Assembly: GCA_000091205.1 (NCBI GenBank)
Contig: AP006497.2
DNA: 64,000 nucleotides
Origin: Cyanidioschyzon merolae
Lineage: Eukaryota
Direction: 5' to 3' (one strand)
Position numbers and translations under genes: made by a program. Numbering within the stretch: position 1 is the first letter of the stretch; the number at the start of each line of letters is the position of its first letter. Under the pieces are notes generated by a model. The model saw only the letters and a list, made by a program, of their open reading frames with translations, searched no databases and was not told the origin of the DNA. Below, piece by piece: positions 45,425-54,723 of the stretch.

Positions 45425-46410
45425 TGTTCTGTAAAATACCTAGTGTGTTGGAGGGCGCGGTCGAACAGACCTCGAGTGGTAAACGACATGCTTTTAGCTT
45501 GACTTGGTCGTAGTGCAATGCGCGATCATACGGCCTGTGGGCCAGCGGAGACGGCCTCGTAACGAGACGTTTTCGGGGTTCCCGTTTCTGCTGCGCACGT
45601 TCGACGTGTCTGTTCATGACCAGACTGTGATGGATGGACCCGAGGAGCAGCGCTAAAGACGCGCCCTTTCCGAATACATGTTGAAACGCGGTGCGAAACA
45701 GTCTCACGAAGGGCACGCACGAAGCGGAAACCCGGCAGTGTCTCCAGGTCACGCTCCACTGCATTGAACGTAGCGCCTTGGATGCACCGGTGGATATCGG
45801 ATTCGAGTACTACACGAGACGCAAAACGACGGAATGGAGAGGCGTCCTTGTTCCCACGACCAACTCTTGGCCAGGTACACCTACATGGCGCGCTTCCATA
45901 AACAGACAGCCCCACGACAGGTTCATCTCAATCACTGCCTGGAGAATATCATCAGACCAGTTGCTGGCCTGATGCAGACGAAGCGTGAACGGACGCATAT
46001 CGGTATCATGCACTGAATGCACAGAGACAAGTCCGTTGTCGACGGCAGCGCTGCAGGCATATTTGCACATGTGCACTTTATCGGGGGCGCGTCTTTGCTA
46101 GCTTGCTTGCTTGCTACTGGATGCTCGTTACCGCTTGTGGCGCCTTGCGCTCCAAAAGAGGTCTTGGAATAACAAAGTTCCGGATACCGCAGAACGCGCT
46201 GTTTGTAGCGAACGCAGCACGTCGCCTGCACCAGGCTGCCCCAGACTCGAGTGCCGACCAGCGAGCAGGCGGCCGCGGGTAACCTCGACGACAACAGCTC
46301 TGATTTGCGAAGACTCCCCAAAAAGCCAACAAAGTCCAAAGGTGCTTTCAACGTGGAAATCATCCCAGTCGGCCGCACAGGTTGCGGACGATTACCACCC
46401 AGAGCGAGGT

Positions 46411-46668
46411 TTAGCTGGTGTCCGGCGTTTGGCCCGTCACCGCCGGGTTCGGAAGTCGCTCTTCACGTCGTGCCTGGCGTATTTCGGCCAGCCAAAGGTC
46501 ACGACAGCGTCGATAGCACTCTTTCTTTTCGCGGCAGGTATCGTGTGCCCCAGGCTGGCGCTTGGCTTCCCCGACGCAGCGTAGCGCCTCCTCCCTGAGC
46601 CTAGCACAGGGGTCCGCCGGCGCTGCCGGACTCACCACGCTCGTCGAAGACGATCGCGCAGCGCTCAT
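46411..46668 (-). CDS. Small twin-Cx9C (CHCH-domain) protein, probably mitochondrial intermembrane space
   Basis: CARLREEALRC ... CREKKECYRRC = two Cx9C motifs; about 85 aa from the Met MSAARSSS. Confidence 0.4.
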   Translation of the reverse strand: MSAARSSSTSVVSPAAPADPCARLREEALRCVGEAKRQPGAHDTCREKKECYRRCRDLWLAEIRQARREERLPNPAVTGQTPDTS

Positions 46669-47351
46669 GGCAAAAACGCAACTCGTGAACGTCCCCCGGC
46701 TGCTGGGTTTTCCTCTCGCAACAAGCTCGACTCGAAAGGCAGCGAGATGTCTACCGAAACATTCCAAGCGTTTTACGGATCAGTGCGCCCTCAGCAGCGC
46801 CGTGCGGAAAAGCGCTCTGAACGATTGGATGGGATCCAGATGCCTATGCTGCAGGGTATTTCCTGTGAATGCAGAGCACTCGTTTCCGGTTTCTATGTTG
46901 CCGTCGCATGCACAGGTGTAAGCGGACAGTGAATTGACCTCTTGCGCTGCACTCGTGAAATGTCGAGCACGAATTCATCCATGTCAAACTGAAATGGTAT
47001 TTGCCGCAAGCTTCCCATGAAGAGGCATTTGCTGGTCGCATTTGGACTTTGGAAGCGATGCTGAAGACAAGTTCATCGCCGCGAACTCGCGTTGGAGCGG
47101 GATGCTTTGGCATTTCGCGACTGCAAAGCAACGTTCAGTGAGTGCTGGTGAGTGCCAGCACGCACATGCCAGCACCATGCCCTGAACAGACCCAGAAAAC
47201 GAATCGACGCGAATGTTTAGCTGCTTTTTCACCAGATGTGTCATATTGGCATCTATCGGATGCGTGAACGCTACCATCAAAGAGGCCCGAGGTTTCCGTT
47301 CTTGTAGTCTTTGTACTAAATTCTGTTTCACTTCCGCTGCGATGTCTAGAA

Positions 47352-50300
47352 GGAGATCGAAATCACAATGCAATGCATAGTGTAGATCGTAGATGATTTG
47401 CATGTAGCATATACATTCATTTCTGAACAGTGCAAGGAAGACTGTATTCCTCGTTTAGGACAGTCATACCACCGTACTCAGATGGTTGGCAAACACTGTA
47501 AGAAAAATGTAGATGCACTCCGTGCCAGAGATCGATATTCATTGAGGTCGCTTGCAGTCGATCTTAGAAAACGATCCGTTGATCACCATTTTCGGAAAGC
47601 AACAGCGACGATAATAGCCGCCACAGGCGTCACCGTTTCTCAACAGCTTATTCTTATGATCCCGAAAACATTGGGATACAATCTCAAAAAAAGTCATCGT
47701 TCAAGCAAAGGCATCTTCCATCCAAATCGCAACGACAGAGTCCCTGGAACGTCACGATCGATAGGAACCACTGGATCGTCAGTTTGTTTGTTCAGTTGAT
47801 GAAAATTGCTTCAGAAGGCACGCTCGGAGCGTCAATGGGTATTCGAGGTGAAGGGCGCCCGTTGTACGTTCGATCGAGCTCGAAGAGAACGACGAAATCA
47901 TCATCTATTATAGCTTTAGAAGATTTATTTGGCGGCCTCAGTTTCACTTGTAGAAAAGACACATGCAACAGCACCAACCAATTTGTCCAAGCATTGAAGA
48001 CTTTTACCCGACGTCTGGCGACGTCCTTCTATTGGGCAACGTGGCATATCACCATATCGCTTGCGTTCGAGCTTTTTGCCGATTCTATCGGGGTAGGGGT
48101 GATTTTTGTTCGTCTGTGCGCTCCGTGGTTCAAGCGCATTGTAGGAGTGTTTTCTATCGTGAAACGTGATGATCGCTCCCCCGGGCGAAACGCTGAGCGT
48201 TCATCACTCGGTAACACATCGGGGTACATGCCATTTATCTTGCGAAAGCCACGCTCCCTCCGAGAAAGCCCTCATCTAAGGGCAAAAAACGTGCGGTCGT
48301 TTTGACGAAATAAAACTCCAAAACAAAGCTATGCACGTGCAAGTCGGGGATCCTGAAGGGCCCTTGCCGCCGGCTGGCAGAAAAAAACGAAAAATTCTGC
48401 CAATGGAATAGGAACAAAACAGAACGAAGAAGCAAAAGGGCGAGGCCCGACGTCAAAAGCTGCGCGAAAGACGACTATGCGACGAGACGCTGGCGAAAGC
48501 CTGTCTTGGTAACCATATCAAGGATTCGGACAAGCAAACATGCAACAAGTCATCCGAGACCGTGTCGAGTCGCACTCCATGAGTATTGTAAAGGATTCTT
48601 CAGGACTAATGCCTTTGACGAAGGAGATGAATCGCGGCGTGACGGGCATCAAAACAGTCGAGGTTCCGGGAGAATTTTTCAACACCATCGTTATGCATCA
48701 CCTGATGCTTGGCACAGGGGAAACGTCGAGGAGAAAGGAGCGAATGCATGCCCTCCACAAAATTACCCCGAATACCCTTTTCATCGGTAATCGATACCGG
48801 CGTGACTCGGATATTTACACGTACGGGGCGAAAAAGTACCTCACGAACCTAAAGAACCATATGAACATGAACCTCACACGTTTCATGATACGTTCCGTCT
48901 TCGCGCTGGACCCGTGCCTCTTTCGCAAAGCGATAGACGGGTTACCATCAATGGCATCTCGAACGATAGTAAGAACGAACAGGAGATCGAACTCGTCGAC
49001 AAGAAGACCTCGCACAGGAGCATGAATGAGGCTTCTGTCATCCGCGCGGCTATTCAAGAGCACCGTGCACTCTTGGGGCTCGTTGACCCAGCAGAACAGG
49101 TATCAGAGATGAAAAAGATGGAAAAAGAAAGATGTTACCCACACTTCCTGCGCTATTTCGTGTATTTGGACCAAGAACTCGAACGCAAGGCTGGGATGGA
49201 GCAGGGTGTGCGGAAAAATGCAGAGTCGGTAGAACGGAAGGCTGCGCTTGCGGGTACGCGCTTCGAAGTCGTTCGGTTATGCGAGATCAAGTCGCACTTT
49301 GTGACAATCGACTCCAGAGTCCTTTACGGAATACTGAAGGAGATAAGTTCGGGGCTCGATGTACGCAACAAGGAGTTCACCGGTGAAAATCGGGACACGT
49401 ACTGGACGCATGTCTTCGACGTCAAGCGTCTCAATACGAGCCAGAAAAGGTATTCAGAGGTGTCATCGAAACTAAATGAGTAGCCATGTGTGCACACGAT
49501 CGGCGCTTGAAGGCAGATCGTCATATCGTGCCTTCGGCTTCGCCCGTGACGAAGCATGAAGATGTGAAGCAGGCGGATCCCGCGACGCAGGAGGTTCAGG
49601 ATACTGGCTTTGGCGGCGGCGCGGACCCTGGGATGACGAATATCATAACGATCGCAGCACCGAAGCGTGCGGGAGATGGTGCTGATGGTAACCTGCGTCA
49701 GATAGAAATGCGTCTCTTGAGGTTCTCGAGACCGAGATACTACCGAGAATCCGGTTCAATGAATGCGAGGAAGAAAATCGAGACATGGAATGCAGGAGTC
49801 AAGGATCAGCTGGAAGCTATGAGCGAGGTGACGATCCGACATGCGGACTTTCAAGATCTGCCAGAGTTCATGGACACTCAAGCTGCTCATGTCGAGGAGC
49901 TGCGGAAAGAGTATCGAAAACAAAGGTGCGCTCGTCAGCGTTTGAATCTGTACAGAGAGAACCAGCGTGCATACGCCAACGATTTCAATCCGTTGAGCGC
50001 CTTGAAGGAGGACGAGAGTCAGAGGCTGGTAGAAGCGTATGGGGCAGCGCGCTAGCTGGCCCGAAAAGGGACTACGCCAGCTCCAACGACAAGAACACTC
50101 AAAGAGCGTACACGGCGTTTTGTTACGATACCAATAGGTGAGTTCCGAACATCGTATACACACCATGAAGTGAGGTGCGTACTTCAGAGGGTCGAGATGG
50201 AAACGTGCCAGCGGAGCCAAGAGGATATAAAAAAGTACAGACCGCTGACGGAGGAGCAAATGGGAAGGAGGGCAAAAGTTCGCGGACTCCTTGCATTCGT

Positions 50301-50613
50301 GAGTACAACCAATGATGGCAAGAAACGCATGGAGTTTGTGAACCGAGACTTTAACGCCGCAATCAACATCAGAAGATGTGCGCAGCTGGAGAAAAGACCT
50401 CCAGAGTTGACACGAGAGAGAATTTTGTCAGACGACCTCTCAAGGTCGAAGTATACGAGAAAAAGTTGAAACCAGTAGCAGGTGGCCGGTCGAGAAAGTC
50501 GGGAAGGCGTCTGTACGTCGGCGTATAGGCATCCGATCTGCGGCGCGCCGCTCGCCACTCCTGTACCCCTAGCGACAGCGTTTTTCTTGTGAAAGGCGTT
50601 TGTTTCCAGGGGT
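47352..50613 (+). mobile_element. Full-length copy of the Fanzor/TnpB-family element (copy E): roughly 1-kb non-coding left-end region, nuclease gene, roughly 90-nt right end
   Basis: Left-end region shared with 26505-27390 and 34860-35400; ORF segments 48331-50525; right end gtttttcttgtgaaaggcgtttgtttccaggggt conserved in all five copies, ending at about 50613. Confidence 0.85.
48331..50525 (+). pseudogene. TnpB/Fanzor-like RuvC nuclease gene, inactivated (at least 3 frameshifts, 1 in-frame TAG)
   Basis: ORFs 48540..49025, 48914..49483, 49486..50055 and 50170..50469 lie in frames 0/2/1/1. Motifs: PAGRKKRKI (NLS-like), GGGADPGMTNIITIAAP (RuvC-I), IPIGEFRTSYTHHEVRC (RuvC-II), NRDFNAAINIRRC (RuvC-III). 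TAG at 50053-55 where copy D has Trp. Confidence 0.85.
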
Positions 50614-50652
50614 GCCCAGGGGGTCGCTTTAGCCTAGCTTTTGGTCTCGAAA

Positions 50653-52743
50653 ATGCCTCAATGGGACAAGCGCGCCAGACAGCGAAGAAGCAACCAGTCT
50701 CGTTGGCGTCGGGAACCATGGGAGACGCAGGAAGTCGCTTCACCGTTAAGTTGGCTCTGCTTGCCTGCGCGTGTGCTAGCGTGCTTTGGCTCACCTCCGA
50801 GCGAAGAGCTCGCTGAGTCGGCGCAGCCGCCCGACGACATTGTGCCTTGGGAGGACTCCGAAACCGCCGACTCGTCTTCTCAAAGCAGTTTTGGTGGCTC
50901 TGATGAAGGTGCGCGCCAAGAGCTTGCGTGCCGTACGCGAGCGGAGAAAGTGGACGGCAACGGCGCTGGCACCGAGAACGACCAGGATGAGCAACTATCC
51001 GTCGAGCTGGACGCGCTTCGTCGACGTCGCTCCTTCTCGGCCACGAGCTTCCACTTGCCAGCTGTATCCCGTCCAACAGCGGCAGGTAGCATTGTCGACA
51101 TACCGTCAGAGCGTCCACAGACCGCGCAACGCAGAGAACGTCAACGTATCGTGGGCAAGTTGGCGCTCGTTGGGCTCGGTACTCAGCTTCTGCTGCTCAG
51201 CTTGAAGTTGTACAGATTTGAATCGCTCTCACCAGCGTATCTCGTTTTTTCCGTCGCGTTTTTCGTGTTCAGCGGAGGACTTGCTTTCCTGAGTCTCCAC
51301 TACTTTAAAATGGGGCGCCTGCCACCTTTTCTGGATGTGGCTGCAAAACGGCGAGAAGCGTCGCACAACCGTTCGTGTGGGACAAGCCCGGCCCGCTCCA
51401 ACACCGACTCGACGATGCGTACGCTGAGCGGAGCGGGTTCGGCGTTCAGTACTCCAACGGCGGACAGATCGCCATGCACGCCCAAGTCTCGAATTGCCTC
51501 GCGCTCTCGAGAGTACGCTCAAAGCTTCCAAGAAAAAGGCGATGCGCAGGTCGTCAGAACGTCATTTGACTCGCGATCAAACCGACGAATCTTCTCAGTG
51601 CTGGGTGTCGAGAGCTCGCAGTCATTTTGCGAGCAACAGGGGTGCAGTACAAGAATGCCGAGCAAGAGTCGACCGGCAGCGATACGAATCGACGTTACCA
51701 GCGAGCGTACCGCGGCAACATCAGCGAGCGATGACGCAGTTAGTGCGGACAACATCGCCGTGTCCGTCAGAGAGCCGTCCACGCTCTCTGATGCCGATGC
51801 TGATCATACAGAGCATGGTATCGAGAAGCGTCGCGGCACCTTCCGCGAAAAGCCCGGCCAGCGAGGCACGCCCGGTGTTCGCGCTGCTGTTGCCGAAACC
51901 CAGCGACGACATGTGCAGCGGGCGACAGAAACTCGTAGCGCCGGCGCACCGGCCTTGCCGGTACCAGACGCTTCGGACCAGATGAGAGCTGGCGCATCCT
52001 TAGAGCAACGGCGTCGATCCCGCGAGGCATCCTCTCTGTCAGACGACGGAACGCCTCCCGAAGTGCAAATTGAGTCACTGCGTATTGTAGAGAGTTGGGA
52101 GAAGATGCGTATAACAGCAAAGAAGGAAATCTTAGCGGAAGATTTTTGCGAGGGAATGCTCAGTCTATTGAGCGTCATCGATGCATTGGGTCCCGCTTTT
52201 CGAATCATCAAAATCGACATTCGAAATCATGTGAATGGGATCCACCGCAGCTGCACGAAACACAACTGCCGCACCCTGCAGCGCCTCATTGATGCAGAGT
52301 CGAATCGGGTATCACGCTGGTTGAATCCATCGGGCATTGGCGATGGTACGGAACATGTGCTCTGGATGAAACGGGCCATGCAGTTTGTGTACATGCTGTT
52401 GTACATGTTTTTGGATGGCATCGATTTAGACCGGTGTGTATACCATGCATATCGCATGACGCTGCGAGCCTGTCACCCGTACATTGTCCGGAAAGTAGCG
52501 GAGAACCTGCACCGCTTCGTCCCTACCAGAGCTGGCTTTTTGCGCAGAATCCACGCAGATGAGGACTTTGTTTTAACGCAAATGCGGCGATTCTTGAAGG
52601 CAATCGAACCGCGTCTTGATATTATCGTTGAGGTATTCAACGCAAACCAGCTGGAACCGCACTGTCGATTCTCATGCGCAGAATTGCGCCGGCTGGCACA
52701 GCACTGTGCAAAATATGATATCGACGAGGATATGACGCAGTGA
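50653..52743 (+). CDS. Membrane-anchored protein with a C-terminal glycolipid-transfer-protein (GLTP) domain
   Basis: C-terminal 200 aa: LSVIDALGPAFRIIKIDIRNHV...HVLWMKRAMQFVYMLL...AYRMTLRACHPYIVRKV parallels the GLTP fold (LWLKRGLKF...AYxxTLxxxHxWxVR). A transmembrane stretch LALVGLGTQLLLLSL...FFVFSGGLAFLSLHYF precedes it. The ORF-track start 50641 is TTG; first ATG is at about 50653. Confidence 0.55.
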   Translation: MPQWDKRARQRRSNQSRWRREPWETQEVASPLSWLCLPARVLACFGSPPSEELAESAQPPDDIVPWEDSETADSSSQSSFGGSDEGARQELACRTRAEKVDGNGAGTENDQDEQLSVELDALRRRRSFSATSFHLPAVSRPTAAGSIVDIPSERPQTAQRRERQRIVGKLALVGLGTQLLLLSLKLYRFESLSPAYLVFSVAFFVFSGGLAFLSLHYFKMGRLPPFLDVAAKRREASHNRSCGTSPARSNTDSTMRTLSGAGSAFSTPTADRSPCTPKSRIASRSREYAQSFQEKGDAQVVRTSFDSRSNRRIFSVLGVESSQSFCEQQGCSTRMPSKSRPAAIRIDVTSERTAATSASDDAVSADNIAVSVREPSTLSDADADHTEHGIEKRRGTFREKPGQRGTPGVRAAVAETQRRHVQRATETRSAGAPALPVPDASDQMRAGASLEQRRRSREASSLSDDGTPPEVQIESLRIVESWEKMRITAKKEILAEDFCEGMLSLLSVIDALGPAFRIIKIDIRNHVNGIHRSCTKHNCRTLQRLIDAESNRVSRWLNPSGIGDGTEHVLWMKRAMQFVYMLLYMFLDGIDLDRCVYHAYRMTLRACHPYIVRKVAENLHRFVPTRAGFLRRIHADEDFVLTQMRRFLKAIEPRLDIIVEVFNANQLEPHCRFSCAELRRLAQHCAKYDIDEDMTQ

Positions 52744-53173
52744 ATGTAGATTTCAGTTGAGTCCAGCGAAACTCCTGTTTTGATCGGCGGTTTCCGCACG
52801 CGTCGCGTTCGCTGGCCTTTAGGTGCTCGCGGCATGACGAATGCGGATAAACGATCTCGTATCTTCAGAAAGCTCCTGAGCCATGGATGGATCGCGACCT
52901 ACCCTGGTTCGTCATGCGACCTTGTCCTGCGGTTGCGCGCACTCATTCATCGATATCGCCACAAAAATGCCGGTATCGGACACGGGGTGGTGTGTTCGCG
53001 AGGGTGATAGGGGGTTTTCTGTAATCATGCTGCTTGCATATCACGTAAGTGACATGCCGTAGAGTCGTGGTCAATCCAGGCTCTCGAAAAGCAACCTTCG
53101 TGGACTCGTTTCATAAACCCATCATAAGCTTCGTTTGGATGCTGTCGCGTGCAGACTGCCGCGTTTCTCCGAG

Positions 53174-53575
53174 TCAGCTTTGTTCATGGTCCTTGACCCA
53201 TTTCAAAAAGAGGATGCTAGCGTCCAGTGGGTCCACTTTTGGCGAAAAGCCCCAGTAGTAGACCGAGGCAGCGTGACCGCCCATCAGTGCTGCCGCTGCA
53301 AAGCCTGCAGTTGCAGCGAGTGTTGCCCCGAGCCCCGAGCGCCCATACTTGTACGCAAACGCACCCGACCCAACCGCACCAGCAAGTCCAGTGGCGATTG
53401 CGAAGTTACCTGCCCTTCGACTCTGCCTGAGACAGTTTGCCTCCGCGGGGTGCTCCCTGGCAAACTCGCGAAAAGCTCCGCGCTTCCAGGACTTTACCTC
53501 ACCAACAGCGGCATACTCTTTCAGTTGTCGAAACGTTCGGAACTGATCCCAAAAGGAATCTCCCTCTCTTGACAT
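53174..53575 (-). CDS. Small glycine-zipper membrane protein (Tim17/FUN14-like fold?), function unknown
   Basis: GNFAIATGLAGAVGSGAFAYKYGRSGLGATLAATAGFAAAALMGG (GxxxG/AxxxA zipper); about 130 aa. Confidence 0.35.
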   Translation of the reverse strand: MSREGDSFWDQFRTFRQLKEYAAVGEVKSWKRGAFREFAREHPAEANCLRQSRRAGNFAIATGLAGAVGSGAFAYKYGRSGLGATLAATAGFAAAALMGGHAASVYYWGFSPKVDPLDASILFLKWVKDHEQS

Positions 53576-53589
53576 AGAGTCTCGGTAGC

Positions 53590-54340
53590 CTAAACTGTGA
53601 AAGCGACAGCAAATGCGCCCACGCAGAGCCAGGTGTCGATCATCGGAGAATGTCCGAGCGACTGCGAGCGTGCCTGTTTGCATCGCTGCGCGCCTCCGCG
53701 CGTAACCGCTATGTTTTTCGTGGAATACGACGTCTGCGATGAACCTGAATATCTCGAGTACGTGATTGTTGTCGGCAACGAGAAAACAGGCGACAATTCC
53801 TTTTCAGATGGTTTGATGCTTCACGCCTGCCAGCACAGTCTCTCGATTCGAACATAGGATTCGACTCAACGACTTTTGGGCTACAGTGCTCACTCGACGG
53901 TAAGCTCGCCACGACATCCGATTCTTTTCATGGACAAAACGTTTCCATCGGCCAGCGTTCTCCGATTACGCGCATTTTTCTTTTCTTACTTTTTTTGTGT
54001 TTTTTTTTCAGTGCGCGGTGAGGTATCCACCAAATCCCCTACTTCCATGTTACATTACCTGCACTTCGTCTCGGATATTCTGGTCGTTTCATACGTCCTA
54101 TCGTGTGTGCCTAGTACCTGCCGAAAGCGACAGCAATAGCGCCTACAGCGCCAGTGCGGTCGCTGCACGGAGACAGAGCGGCGTTGCCGTAACACAAAGG
54201 GCGGCGGCTCGAGGCGTGGCTCACCCGACGTAGAATCGGGTCTCGTCGTCAGTTTGTGCTCGGAGAGTCTGCGGATGCAGGCTTGTCTTCGCAGCACGAC
54301 ACGCTGGAGAAACTTGGCTGTTAGGATATATCCTGGGAAC
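53590..54340 (+). repeat. Dispersed repeat D, second copy, about 0.4 kb upstream of the kinesin gene
   Basis: Aligns with 43575-44200 and (T-rich core) with 10990-11160. Confidence 0.75.
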
Positions 54341-54723
54341 ACGACATCCGATGCACCGCCGCAGTCGCTATACGCGCGCTCCGAGCGGCGTCGACATACC
54401 AAAGCAGGCGTCGGATCGACATAAAGATACAGGGGGCGACACCTAAATTTCCGGTGTAGTGGGATCGATGCATCCAACCAGAATCCCGGTAAGCACGAAT
54501 TGGAGCAGCAATTAGGGAAGCATTCCACGCTTCTCTCCGAAAACTACGCAACACTGGCATCCACAGAGGCCCTTCTGCACGAAGAGCAGATGCAACCTCA
54601 GGCATTTTCGATCCGGCACTGCAGCAGCAGCAGCAGCAGCCGATCGGCGGCAGCAGCGGCCGATCGCAGAATTTGAAATTGCCGTGCTTTTCCGGCTCGC
54701 TTGCCCCTTCACGGCTTGCCGCC

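Noticed and set aside
47352-48330. IS605-type TnpA (HUH Y1 transposase) or other second ORF in the 1-kb left-end region
   Set aside because: No frame is conserved between copies A, B and E. Only nucleotide-level conservation is seen, and no HuH or Tyr motifs. A decayed gene cannot be excluded.
48540-50469. Frame changes between ORF segments of the nuclease gene read as exon/intron structure
   Set aside because: Segments abut or overlap by tens of nucleotides with no GT...AG-bounded gaps. The break points differ between copies D and E, and where one copy is broken the other reads straight through. Frameshifts and nonsense mutations in pseudogenes explain this better than introns.
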